NCBI GenBank assembly: GCA_050575255.1
Contig: JBNZDD010013730.1
Span: 8,214,012 to 8,278,011, forward strand
Reading direction: 5' to 3'
DNA: 64,000 nt
DNA from: Harriotta raleighana
Taxonomy: Eukaryota
The notes under the pieces were generated by a model. It was not told the DNA's origin and made no database searches. It was given only the letters and a program-made list of their open reading frames with translations. Made by a program: the position numbers and the translations under genes. This document shows positions 35,886-49,375 of this stretch, in pieces (positions within the stretch are counted from its first letter, which is position 1; each line of letters starts with the position of its first letter).

Positions 35886-37214
35886 GCCTGCCAACAATGA
35901 TTTGAATGTGAAAATGTCAGTCATACGGTAAATTGGTTGAGATAACTGATTCGTTTTGCGTCGCTTAGCTGAGTCTCTGAGACAAAGTACTGTGAAGGAG
36001 CAAGACTTTTTTTTTAAATAGGCGAAACCAGCGAACTTGTGCATAAATTACTGTCCCATTGGTAGAGATCCAATATAAGCCGACTGAAGTACCAGGCATT
36101 TATTTGAAATGTCATTGCTTCCACTAGTTTCCACAATCTTGTCTGCTGCTGTTAAAATGATAGCAGCTTCATCTCCCCTATGTAATAGCCATGTGATTCA
36201 CTGGGAACATTATTTAGGTTTATTGATGTTGAATATTTTGCTGTCCAGTCTGATGAAATATATAAGCCCCTATTTTATTATGTTCATTGCACTAGCGTAA
36301 TCCTCACACTGTTAGAGCAGAGATTACACTTGCACTAAAAATAGTTATTCGAACCCATTTTCTGAAAACCACATATAAATGGTTTCAGAATGTGCCCCAT
36401 AATTTTCAGTGTCAATGAAACCACCATTTTAACACAATTTGTTTGAAGAAGGGCTTCTTTACTGAATATCTTTATTAGAAAGAAATAATTGATGGTTTAC
36501 TGGTTTTAAAATTGAAAATTTAATGTATTTAATAAAAACATGATTGCACTATAGCTTGATCTCTTTGCACATACACCTGTCAATCATTCCATGTTAGTGG
36601 AATTAAAGCATCAGCCTGCATCTCAGTCAGATGCACGTCCGTGCTTCTTAAGGTAGAGCTATATAATCCAAGTGAAAACTCAAACTCATGTAAAACATCA
36701 ACGATAAAATAAATTGCTTCCAACTTGCTGGAAACACTCAGGGTTTTGTCAACCAGATTCCCTTCCAGTGAAAACAGCTGTGTGATATGCTCATTACCAA
36801 AATGTTTAGACAACACAAAGTACCGTGTTCAGAGTTTGAATTTTATTAACTTGTATAAACATTGCTTTCTGCTGGCTCAGATCAATTAAAGATTCATAGC
36901 TTTGAGCTTTGTGGAACAGTTTACTGATAAGTTGCCTGGTTAAAACGCCATTCTGCCGTGCCTGATAGGTTTACATCAAGACAAACACAGCACAAAGGCG
37001 TTTTATGAACATGAGGGTATCTTACTATTAAGCCACTCCACGGTATTTTAAGAAATACAACTTTACTACAAGGGATAAGACCTGATAGAAACGTGTTTAA
37101 GCTGCTGTGCAGGGTTTTAAGCAGTAAAACATTTTCTGGAGGGGCTCAGAGTTAACAGAAAACATTAAGACAGCTTCATTTTAGCTACTGCTATTGGATC
37201 TAAACTTTTAGAAG

Positions 37215-37590
37215 CTTTTTCTGGAAAGTGATTTCCGCTGGCCTAGAGGCAGTACAGAGGAGAGCAATGAGAATGATCCCCTGTGTTAAAGCTATGAGCG
37301 GAGATTAGACAAGCTAGAGCTCTTCAGGCTTGAAAAGGGATGTCTCAGAGGGAGCCTATTCGATGTATATATGATTTTAAATGAAATTGAGAAAGTAAAC
37401 CCAGAAGAATATCTTTCGGATGCACTGAGAGAGCAGAACACGAAACCAGATTTTGAGTTTCATGGAGTAACTTCAGTGCAGTCACCAAAATATATTTCTT
37501 TGCTCAGGGGGTAATTAACACCTAAAATGGGTTACCAGTATAGATGGTCGAGACCAAGTTGCTGAAGTCATTTTTTTTAAAAAGTTTGTG
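37215..37590 (+). mobile_element. CR1 LINE ORF2 C-terminal remnant
   Basis: Reads LEAVQRRAMRMIP and RLDKLELFRLEKGCLRGSLFDVYMILNEIEKV across frameshifts. Confidence 0.8.
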
Positions 37591-38350
37591 CAGTCAAGAA
37601 CTGAAGATAGGATTAATAAAACGGCCATTTTGCTGGTTGAGATTTAATTCTTTCAGGCCTAGAGTAGAATCCAGTTAGGTTTATACATGATACTGCATCT
37701 ATTCAGGTAATGCACCAGGGAGCTTGCTTCTTTGTCTGATGCATGTTATGACTGTTAAGTTTCAATTTTAAGGAAAGTTCGACCTTCTATTTATTGTATT
37801 AATTTACTGAATGCCATACTTGCCTTCTTGTGAAGAATCCATCCTGAAATATTGAGACATCATTGCTTTTCCTTCAGCATTTGCTCCATGACTTAATACA
37901 GTACCTCACAGTTGCATCAGTTCTGCTTACACTTGTTACTGCCTTGTAACTTCCAACAAAATAGTGGTTCATAACTGTAATAAAGAAAATATTCCTTTTT
38001 TATTAAAAGCTCACATGAATACTGAAGATGTAATTATCAGGAATGAAACATGATCTTTCCATCAGAGTATGTCATTTGCTCCATTCGTTTTTCCACTTCC
38101 AAGATCATTTGAGTCCTTTTCAATGCATTTTTCTTTCTGGGTTAAAATTGAAGCAGTAGCTTTTCTATTGGATTGCTGGACATTTCTACCAAATCAAGAC
38201 ACTACTTGCATGAAGGCCACTATGTAAATGCAACCGGGTGTTATTATTGAAGGTTGCAGGTGAAAATTTTTATTTCTTGAAATAATTTGCTAGAGTGGAA
38301 GGATTTCACTAGGACTCCAGTATGCAGATTTAGACAAAACAACAACAACA

Positions 38351-38429
38351 ACAAAATTACACTTGTATAGCGCCTTTCATGTCAGGGGTATGTCATGACA
38401 TGAAAGGCGCTATACAAGTTTAATTTTGT
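38351..38429. repeat. 34-bp inverted repeat made of two L2 3' ends
   Basis: acaaaattacacttgtatagcgcctttcatgtca / tgacatgaaaggcgctatacaagtttaattttgt, 33 of 34 paired, 11-nt spacer. Confidence 0.95.
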
Positions 38430-38918
38430 AATTGAATCAATCACAAGGATGGCAAGCATTCAAAAAGTGTTATACATACTGTATATCAGACAATACACAG
38501 AAAAAGAGACCATACTTCTGAACAGCAATGGCATTAACGCTGCTCAACATACTCTGACTCCTCCATCACTGTCAGACCAGTTAGTTTGACTTCTTATAGC
38601 CCGAAAAGCATCATGTGACCCACTATACAGATTGTATAGTGTATCATGGATTTTTCGTATGACACATAGCAGTTACTCATAGGTCTAACATAAGATGCTT
38701 TACAGACATTACTTTTTTGTCTACCACCTTCTTCCACAATCTGTACTGTAATGTTAGGTAGCCGGGTTGGTTGGACCCTGTTGTTCTCTTCTATCTATGA
38801 CTCGTTGTAGATGTTTCTCTATCTTGGTGAGGATCCAAGTCTCAGGGTCGTTCTGTTTCACAGGTTTACTTCCCATTCATACATTCTATATTTGTCTTTT
38901 CGTTGTCTCATTCTAACC

Positions 38919-38971
38919 TATATGTAGTATATATATATATATAGATATATATATGTATATATAGATATATG
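38919..38971. repeat. (TA)n microsatellite
   Basis: Interrupted tatatata run. Confidence 0.9.
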
Positions 38972-40439
38972 TTATGTGTTTTTTATGCAATCATTCTTAT
39001 CTTGCAATGCAGATATCCTGTGCCTATTGTTCAGAGTTTCAACCTTTAGACATTTCATTTATCATTCTGTCAGTTAGCAGTTTTCGCGGGATCACATGGT
39101 TCACCCTACGTGTTTCATTTTGTTAGCCTAACAATTATTGTCTTTAAGTCATTATTCTTAACAGCATCAGCCATTAATTTCCTTATTGTATACCTTTTTA
39201 TGCCGCATGATCAACATTGATTCTGTACAGATGGGTACATCTTGTTTCAATGCAAAGTGTTATTTAGTGGTCCATTGGATGACATCAGACATTTTAATGT
39301 TATTGGAGAGAAGCCACATTTCATATTTCCAATTAATATTTTTTTAAAAAGGCTTTTGCCATTCATGAGCAGAAATGAGTATGTGCTTAATAGCTTATGT
39401 GCAGAGGAGCTTTCATCAGTACCTGACGAGAACGATTGAGAGAAAGAAATACAATTTTTTCTTGTGCCTCAAGGACTTTTTGGGTTTGATAATTGAACTT
39501 CATCAGTAATATTTTGTGCCAGGAGGATACTTGAGCCAGAACACTGAGACTCATTTTAAGAAGCAGCTTGATGCTATAATGGAGGTGAGTGGTAGGATGC
39601 ATGTTCCATAAGGATAGGATCGGATGGGCCAAAGGGCTATCGTTTTTCAAATTAATCTTGTGAATGTACATCAGCTTGGGATCACTGTGTGACCTGTAAC
39701 TGTTTTGTTGTTGCTGGTAAATTGTTACTCAAAGCATCAAACTACAATTGGAGATGGGTCTTGCTCAAAGTGTTTTAGATGCTCTGATTTTGCATCTGGT
39801 GGTCTCACACTATGATTCTGACAGTGAATTACGCTAACATTAGTGTACAGTTAATGCCAAATTTACAGTATAACAACAACTTATCTGTCAGTGAAAATAG
39901 GATTATAGCTGTTCATATGGCCTGACGCTCACTAACATTCAGCATGCTTCTCATTCAAAAGTGCATAAAACTTTGCAGTGTTACTTGTTGCAATACTGCA
40001 TCAGTAAAGCAATTCCTTTACAGTCATTCTACCCCAATATCAAAACGAGTTAGTCAGAAAAGGGCAAAGCATTTTGGGGCTCTTGATCTTCATGTTCAAA
40101 GAATAGGTTTGCATTTTCTGGATATGGAAGAGGTAATGAGATATGAAACTTGGCTAGTCTGTCTCCAGTTCCAAACTGGTTTCCAATTTATTGGGCTACA
40201 TGTTTCTTGATTAAGTTGCAAACTAATCTTGTAGCCAAGTGCCATGACCTTGACATTATGTTGACTCTATTTACACTCGACCCAGGCAATGGCATCGTTG
40301 GTTGCCTTCTCTTTAAACTGCATGTGTTGCTGCTGCTATCACAATGGCGTTGGGTAGGGTCTTCCAGGATTTTAAGCGAGCAAAAGTGAAGAAATGGAGA
40401 TATATGTCAGGTAGTGGTGGTGGTGGTGGTCAATGGGCT

Positions 40440-40738
40440 CCAGCCTGCTTCATGTCCCCTCACTCACCAGCCCCACCATTGGCAGGCAAGCCTTCAGCCT
40501 CTCTGCCCCCACCCTCTGGAACCCCATCCCACCTTACCGACTCCCTTGCCACCTTCAAGACCCATCGCCAAGACCCTCCGCTTTGAACATGCCTTCGGTC
40601 ACCCTTCTATTCCTACCCTAACTGCCCTCCATCCTTCTCCTGATTCCAAACACTAGCTCGGGTACGTATCCCTTGGGACGTCCTCCTGAAGTGAAAGGGG
40701 CTATACAAATGTAAATGTAACTTGTGTTTGTGGTGGTG
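40440..40738 (+). mobile_element. L2 LINE 3' fragment
   Basis: Peptide PTIGRQAFSLSAPTLWN and tail gggacgtcctcctgaagtgaaaggggctatacaaatgtaa. Confidence 0.88.
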
Positions 40739-42599
40739 GAAATCGTCCTATGTTTTCCTGAATGATGGAGGTCACGAGACTGGGAGGTTCTTTCAGAGAA
40801 TGCCACTAAACTGAAATGTCACTAAATACAGTAAATTGCTCACTACCTGAGTAATGCCACCTAGTCCTCCTCCTGTGTCGGAGTGCCTTAATTTGTTGTT
40901 TGGAGCAGTGTTTTAGAATTATGCCCCTGTGAGATGAACAATTGTTAAATCGATTTCAAAGCACTCATTAATTTTCATCACCTATTCACATCCACTCATG
41001 GATTATGCTGCTGAGTCTGTGCTCTATTCCCTGTCATTGCTTGGTAATGAAGTTATAAAGGCTATTAAAATGGCAGCGGAAATGGAACCTTCCTTTCTGT
41101 AATTTTCTTTTAATGTTAACCTCTTACAGCTGTTAAAAAGAGGGGAAAAAAGCAAATTTCTGTACCGACAATGTCAGTTCAATTGCATCGCATAGCACAC
41201 AAGTGCAAAGATATCCCGAAGCCACACTTCCAGAGACTGGCTTAGAAGAGTCATACATTATTTATCTTACAATCTTCTGATATATATGATCCACATAATA
41301 ATTTTGATCTCGCAAGCTGGGAGTCTGAGGCAGGGCAATCAGTTCTGAAATAGGTACTTGGCAGCATATGGTGCTTATTCCAGCAATTGCATGAACAAGA
41401 TCTGAGAATCATTTTGACTTTTTATTGGTAGAAAAATCCACGGTTTGTGAAGTAGTTGTCAAATATAATGCCTCACCATGGTCTCCACTCTTGATGCCTT
41501 CCCAGCAGCCTAACCTCTCCCACTGTGCTTCCAGAAACATTACCAAATTAAGGCTGACACTATTCTGTCGTAAGTATCCATTAATGAACACCTAGGAGAA
41601 TTGGGAGGTATTTTGTTCATTGTTTTTTTTCCCCCAGAAATATGTCTAATGTCCTTTGGATTATGCTGAGTAGCTGTGCAGATTTGTTTGGGGAGTATAT
41701 TCAAGATAGACAGATATGTCTTGGTTCACTGTGCAAAATATTTTAATCCTATAATTTTAAGAGAAATAAACACACTTGGGAAATAAATGGCAAGATTGCC
41801 TTCCCAAGTGTAAACTGTTGAATACCATGTGGTTCATTTATGCTCTTTTTATTACTTTTGGTGTTTCATCTCTGTCAGTCATTAACGCTTTCTGCTTCAT
41901 TGTTTTAGGTTTCAAATCTTTCAAACGAGGTAAAGAAATACCAGCAACATCTGGCACTTGTCAACTTATCCTCATTTGAAATTGCAGCTAAAGAATATAA
42001 TTGAACAAAATAGATGGTGCAAAATATAGCTGTGATAATTTTCAGTGGGTTCAGCTATAGAATACAAGCCTGAAAATTGATATTTGTTGGGAATAATTAC
42101 AGAGGACAAGTGCCAAACTGAATTCTGCTCCATTTCCCTTTTGGCGAGTGTTGGTGGGTTTCCGCTGCTAGCACTAGACAATTCCCCTCTCATACACTAT
42201 TACTTTGACTCATTTCATGTTTAAATGGTGCCCGACTGTTTGAGATGTTCTCCGTCGTGAAAGGCCCTTTATAAGGGCAAATTATTACTGTTTCTCGGCG
42301 GTTCCGAGAGTAAAGCCAGTGGTTTAGAGCTAGGTTTAAAGGAGGAACACATACATTGAATGACTTCACAGACTGCATCGGAATGTACAGCAGTGAACGA
42401 GAGCTCAGCAGGATCCTCGGGAAATGTACGCTGTGAAGAAATACCACAGTCGGTATTGTATAAGGCAAGTGTTTAGCCTGTGATTCCTTTGCTGAGCTGC
42501 AATAGATGGAAAATTCATAGCGTATTATGTAATGTCATTGTCACTACTGTTGGACGAGGGAACAGGACAGTAGAACAAGGGAACACAGATTCAGAGTTG

Positions 42600-42805
42600 C
42601 AAAAGGCAATTTCAGGGCAGATGCTCAAAATTAGTGCTGTACCCAAAGGGCAAAATAATAACTGGAACAGGTTGCTTGAGGCCAGGACACTGGATGGATT
42701 AAAAAACAGTTGATTCTGTGATGGGAAGATGGTAGATATGGGTGTTCTGAAAGGATTGAGATCAGATGAGGCAAAAGGCCTTCTTCATCCAAACTGATCT
42801 TGTGA
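42600..42805 (+). mobile_element. Degenerate CR1 3' end
   Basis: tggaacaggttgcttgaggccaggacactggatggattaaaaaacagttg...gatcagatgaggcaaaaggccttcttcatcc. Confidence 0.5.
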
Positions 42806-45171
42806 AGTGAATGTTGGCTCTTGTTATTCTCAGCAAGTTAAAGTAATAAACTCATGATCATCACTCCTGCTACAGTTTACTGCAAATAGAATGTAAATAT
42901 ATTATAAAGCAGTTTACTGGAAACCTTATGTTTTCTACACTGAGTGATATGCCTATTCTTTGCTTTCTCCTCATGGTTATATTTTAGGAATTAATTTCTG
43001 GAATCCCTGCTCATGTGTGTTTGCTCAGTTCATTCAAATAATTTTTCTAATCAGAAAATGTTAATAAATGCCATATAGAACTCCGATTACATGGTTTCTT
43101 GTGTACCTTCCTATGGCCCCGAGCTGACTAATTCATAGCGTATTATGTAATGCCATGAATAGCTCACTGTCATTTCAGAGCCTGAAGGTCAAAAACATCC
43201 ACCTTGCTAATGGGCTGAATAGCATTCCCAAACTGAATGCAACTAGCAATTCCTCTTGAAGGTTTTTATGCAGCTAAGCAAACACTGAAAATCAGAGGGA
43301 TGAAAAGAACACGAGAGGACTTTAAAATGTGTGTTGCATATTGCTGGAATGTCAATAATTTGTCTTTTCAGTTAATGTGTCATTCTATGTTCAGAGTCTT
43401 AGCTTTTTTTAACTTCAACTTTGCTCGATGCTGTGTTGGAAAATGGTAGGATAGATATTCTGGAAGGATGAGATCAAATAGAGCTCAAATAGAGTCGTAG
43501 AGCTTTCTTCAGCAAAACTAAACTTATGACCTTGTGTAAAATGAATGAGAAAACTTTGGGTAAAAGAAAACAGGCACTAAATCCAATGGATTTTGATGTC
43601 TTATTGCAATAATTCTTCCTATGTCAGGGGAATTTTTTTTAAATCAAATTAGGCTCACAGAATAGGGTACATCCTGTTAAGACTTGTTCAATTATTAATA
43701 AACCTTTTGATTAACAGATTCTGGTTTCATTATATCTTAGCCATTGGCCTTTCCAATTATAATTTTCCCCCAAGATGAACATTTTTTCAGCCACTCCATT
43801 CTGTTTAGCAATCTACCATTAACTATTTTATCACGTTTCTAGCATTGTGACCCAGATATCAAGAGAACAACCATCTATCTCTTCCTATCTGAGACATGTA
43901 AACTGGCCAGACTTCTCAAAATATAGTACTCCAATAACTCTTGAAAGCTTCGTAGAGTGCAATGATTGTGTATCAGTAGGTAAATAAGGCAGTCAATTTG
44001 TGCATAACAATGTTCCACCAACGAACATGATAAGCTAAATGTTTTAAGGAGGACAAAAGGAACTCAGTCTGGTGGGCAGAAGTATAATGGGTGATGAAGG
44101 GGAAAATCTTTAGCCAAATCACCTGAGTTGGCAACTTGGGAGAAAGCACTCCACCCTAAAAGGAAGGTCCAAGGGCCTTTTCCCAGTGCAGCACTGACAG
44201 TCAGTTAGTGGGAACAGATTTCCCGTCTGGTCTTTCATCTTAGGGAATGGTACATTGCACGGTGAGAGGATTGAAGAAAATACAATGATGTCTGATATTG
44301 TAATGAGGTGTCCCACAGTGTCACAGCTGAACTCTCTCAAGACACAGTTACCAAGTTGAATGATGTACTCACACAGCTGGATAAAGCAATAGCCATTTAG
44401 TGAGAGATTGAAAAGCAAACTATCAATCTTCACAGCCAAGCCCCATGTTATGCTGCAATAAAATGTGACAATACACATGATTGGGTCTGTTTCAGTAGCC
44501 TCCACTGCATACACAGTACAATCTGATTCAATACTTCTAGCATGTACAGGTTTATGTTTTGTTTAGCTTCCTGGTGTTACACTTTGACAGTGAAGGTGAG
44601 CAACATTGTCAATATACATTTGTTTATAACAAATAACAACTGGAGAGAGAGCAAACATGAGTGTGGGGATAGTGAGAGAAAGTATGGGTAACCAGGGTTT
44701 ATGGGATGGCGATGAAGTGTGTGAGATTAATTTGGGGATAGTGAGAGTGCATGTGCTGACAGCTCGTGAGGTATAGAGGATCTTCAAACAATTTATTGAC
44801 ATTTATCCGGACATTTTAGTAAAATGAGATGGAAAAGGTCAGAAGAGTCTAATTCATTTATACCACTCTTGTGACCATGTGATAGTCCTTTCTCTGAAAG
44901 TCCCTTCTCTGCACGATCATAGAGAGAGGAGAGCAATCCACAGGTCCAACACACCATAGTGCCATCAACAGAAAGTGGGCAAGTGAACTTGTTATGCTCA
45001 AAATCTTTCCGTTTCCAAAACAAAACAGCTGAATAAATCAATCGCACTTTGTGATTCAATTAACCACGAACATGCATATGCTTTTTACACATTGATTGTG
45101 GTTGATGAGCTTCTTTTAAAAAAAACGATGAAGGCAAGTGGGGAACAGGAGCATGCGTCTGTCTGCAAATA

Positions 45172-45240
45172 AGACAACGATAATAACAGCTTGTATTTGT
45201 ACGGCACCCTTCATGTGAGGTAGCGGCTCAAAGCGCTTAG
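45172..45240 (-). mobile_element. Short L2-type 3' end
   Basis: aataacagcttgtatttgtacggcacccttcatgtgagg...tcaaagcgctt. Confidence 0.6.
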
Positions 45241-46454
45241 CTTTTGTTGCCTTCATTTTAGGGCCACAGGAAATCACCTGCCGATTTGGCAGCATGTTAT
45301 GAATATAAAACACAATTGAATGTTCAATTTCAGAACTAGGAAAATACTAGGCTTTGGAGGAAATCCAAACTTTTTTAACCTTTCCATCAACATTCATGGA
45401 GGAAATTTTACTTCACAGCAAAGCTGCTGGAAAAACCTCCTGTGACTTTGCTTTTCAGCAAACATTTAGATTGCATTGTTGGATTGATTTGATAATATAT
45501 ACTAAATTTTTCTTGTGATTATATCACGCTTTAAGAAACCAAAGCATTTAATGTATATGAAATCCATTTAAAAAAGATAGGCAGACTTGAATGTCATTGG
45601 AAATGTAGCTTTATACAGTGAAATTTGAAATATCTAGGGACTTTTTCAAAGAAAAAGAGAATAAATTACAATTTGATTCATAGCGTTTGTACTTGTAGTT
45701 TCAAACTACTTTGGGAGTCCTAGCACTGGAGATTAAAGAATGGTTCAAGAATTAATCCTGTTCAAATCACTATCTGTGCCAATTATTGTTTAAATTGAAG
45801 TTTTCTAAGTGGTTGACATAAATTGGAATTAATTCCGTTTGGAATAAAAACTACCTTTTGAGTATAAATGTTTTGTGCAATTGTACCGTCGCGTTCATTA
45901 CCATATTAAGCAGCGTTCTGCGCAGCAAATATGCATGTGTGTGTGTAATATACTCTAAGCATTTATACTCTGAATTTATACTGTTCATTTAAAAACACAA
46001 TTATTCCAAGCATTCCAAAAGTAGCTCATTCCAGACTTGAGAGCCAGAAGATCAAAGATAAACTAAATTCCTTTAGTACATGCCCACCTTTCATCTGTAA
46101 CAGATTGGCTGTCAGAGATTCAATTGCAGATTACCTACAGCTTTATGAACCTTTAATATCTGTTAAAATATAATTTCTATTCCTTTGTTAACTTTCATTC
46201 CTATTATTTTCTTACACTCAAAGATTCTGTATTTTATCTCATTTTGAATTTGACGTTAGGTGATCCTATTTTGTTTCCTGAATGAGAGAGTAGGCGCTCA
46301 GGTATCAGAACTGTTCTACACTAGGCCATTTGGAGGTCTGTAAGGATGGAGTGAAGAGACTTGTTCTTCTGCTTTTCACTTCTGGCCATTAAGGAAGTGT
46401 TGGCTTCCATTCCACAATCCCCTACCAGCTGAAGCTGAACGAGATGAAGGAATT

Positions 46455-46770
46455 AAGTGGCACAGTGGGTTAGACACTGGCCTTTCACCTGTAGATATGG
46501 GTTAAATCCAGATCAGACTGATGGGATGAAAGCCACCTCTCTTTGTTAGCTGTCAGAGCCCTTTATGAAATGAATGTAGACAATCTCAACCCAGTGGGTA
46601 TAGACCCACAGCACAAAACAAGCATTAAATTGGCAATCTCACCCAGACTGCTTGCAGGACAGCTGATGCAGCAAATGGAATATGTCACTGTCGTGCAATA
46701 GAGAGTTCGTTTGGGAGGCTGAGGCTAGTCCCATAACAGAGGGGTATTGTCAAATCTATGACCCACTGAT
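46455..46770 (+). mobile_element. LF-SINE-like element
   Basis: Colinear motifs gcctttcacctgtag, gggttaaatccag, tatgaaatga, tctcaacccagt, ccacagcacaaaac and ttggcaatctca match the recalled LF-SINE consensus order; tRNA-like head tggcacagtggg. Confidence 0.65.
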
Positions 46771-48024
46771 CTAAGTGTTTTACTTGGGAAAATGGTACAT
46801 TTCCCACAGCTACCGTCCTGCAGTGTGACTATAAAACACCAGATTTTCAACAACAGTGTTGCATAGAATTTTGCAAGCATAATCCTTCACTGTATAATTT
46901 CACGTGATTGATAGACTGTGCCCCCCGTCTACTAGTTCAACACATGCCCTATCATTTCATGACATTAATACACTGTGTCCCTCATCTGATGATTCACCAT
47001 TGATTTCAGTTTTTCTAAAATGAGCTTGCTGATATTCCCCTCCAGTCTTGTTGCAAAAACGAGTTGTCTAATTTTGATAAAGTTACGATGACTTGAAAAT
47101 ATTTAAAACTAATAACTGAATCAGACATTTGGGATGTATTCTAAGTTTGCCTTTGGTACTCAGAAAGTCCATGATTCTGTCACAAGCAATTCTCATGCAG
47201 ATGTGCACATTTTTATTCAATAACCTCTGAAGTTCATTGGTTCACCAGGTGTAGAATTCCATGAGTTTCAATATCAAGAGAAATGAAAGCAGCTGATAGA
47301 AACCAGGCAAGGTATGTGTAAGGCCGACCAGCTATAGGAATGTGTTTGTAACATCCTCAGTGTCTGCACCCGGGTGACCCCAAGCTGCCTAAAACAATTT
47401 GAAATCCTGACCATAATTCTCTGTGGGAAATTACCTGTGTGTCTATTACAGCCAGTAATCTAGGCTACAGATTCCAATATTCAACCAGCGGTAAGGTTAA
47501 GCTCCTTTATCTTTGTTGCTGTGTAAAAAGTCCACAAGGTGTTAGTGTGTTCAGAAAGAAGATTGAAAAGAGCAAGAACATTAGCCTGGTGCTGAACCTC
47601 CACATTTTGTGTCTCAGGAGGATTATATGGTGTGATATTACTAAGGAAAGAGTGTAAAGATATCAGCTGAGAAGCGGTAGAAGGCTTTAACAGTGAATGT
47701 GAAACTGGTGAATATTCTCAGTTGCCAAATTAAGATAATTATCTGGTCATTCTTTTAAATTGTGCAAACATCCTAAAACTTATGGGAGTAAATCTGAGGT
47801 TAGCAATTTTAGCGAAGGTTATCAAATATTTATTTGGCTTGACTTAAATTTTGGAAATGATTTTTTTCTGCCATGAGTAAGAATTGGAGGATGTTCTATC
47901 AGAAGTAAATATATATTTTAAAAGAGAAAGCCTCTTATTAGAAATATGTTCAACTGGTTAAAGTTGATGGGTTCTACATTTCACACAACTTGATGACTGT
48001 GATTTTAGGTTACTGTATTATTAT

Positions 48025-48130
48025 ACATAATAATCTTTGTATTTGATATAGCACGTTATGTCTTTGAGACATCTTAAAATGCTTTACAATATACCTGAAT
48101 ATGATAAGGTTCAATTGACTGTATATTTTG
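48025..48130 (-). mobile_element. 3' fragment of tRNA-derived SINE
   Basis: ataataatctttgtatttgatatagcac...caattgactgtata. Confidence 0.65.
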
Positions 48131-49224
48131 TAGTTGTGTAATTTGATTATGTTAAACTATAGAATAAGTAACTGCAGAAGTCTATCCATGTGTTATTATC
48201 TAATATCTTTATCATCACTGTGATCAAGGTACCCATGCCTCAGGTACCCATTCATTCCATTGTATATGGAGATGAATAAAGCAAGCTCAAATCATTCAAA
48301 GTCTTAGCTGTTGCCACGCAGGCTGGTAACTGGTACAATGGGATGGTGCACAGCTGCAATAGTGTTAATGAAAATAGCCCGACTTGCAATATCAAACAAA
48401 AAAGTCAAAATGATCAAAGGATACTTTAAAGCAGCTGCCTTCCAAAGTGGAAAAGCAGATTTGATGGTTGACTCAAATTCAAAGGCTGACACCTGAATCC
48501 GCACATCCTAAGAAAAAATCTAATCTGCAACCGCTTTTCCTTCGATAGGTTAGAGAGCAGCGGATACAATGAGGTTCAAATATCAATGGAAATTTCTTGC
48601 TTACTAGCAATAGGCCTTTGCCAGGTATAAATTATGTTTTTTTTTCTTTGCTTATTAGACTACGGGCACAATTTAGTAAACACCATGGTTTTCAAAGTAC
48701 AGATCCCCTGCAAAATTCTCTCACTTGTGACCTGATTGTATAAGTGAACCCTCTTGTAACTCCAGTGTAGATCATTCGGTGTCTTCAATTTCACTGCATT
48801 CCAGACATTCCTACAAATGAACCTTTTGGCTATTTTTTTTCCATGCTTCCAACACTCTCAGATGGAAGATATTGGGTTTAATATGCAAATTGCGTAGATC
48901 ATGAGCCAGCAGATTATAGATTAAAATAAATATTTATATTTGCGGCCAATTATAAAAATGTCACCACCTACTAAGTGTTCAATACAGAATGCAATTAAAC
49001 AGAAAATGAGAACTATCACAACAATTCCTTAAAGATTTCAGAGACTTGTTGGTACATTTTCCTCCAAGTCCTTATAATCAGCAATCAGTGATTTTTTCCA
49101 TAAATATAAATATATTTTCTGCAAAATATTCCTCCCAGACAATAATAATCTGTGCATTCAAACAGATGCTTAGAAGAAAAAAAAATTGGAAGACCTTCAG
49201 GGTTAATTTCTGACAAATGTAACT

Positions 49225-49375
49225 ACAGTACCAAATTGTCTACAATAATGTCCCACAAATAACCATAAAGAGAATGACCAGTTTATGTGGAGGATTGTTG
49301 GCCAGGACATTTGGACAAACGTCCTTCCCTTTTCAACCAGTATAAGGAGTCTTTAGCGTATATCTAATCTAGCCA
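49225..49375 (-). mobile_element. Deu-domain SINE remnant
   Basis: tcccacaaataacc...gaatgaccag...ttggccaggaca...gtccttcccttttcaa, antisense Deu domain. Confidence 0.5.
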
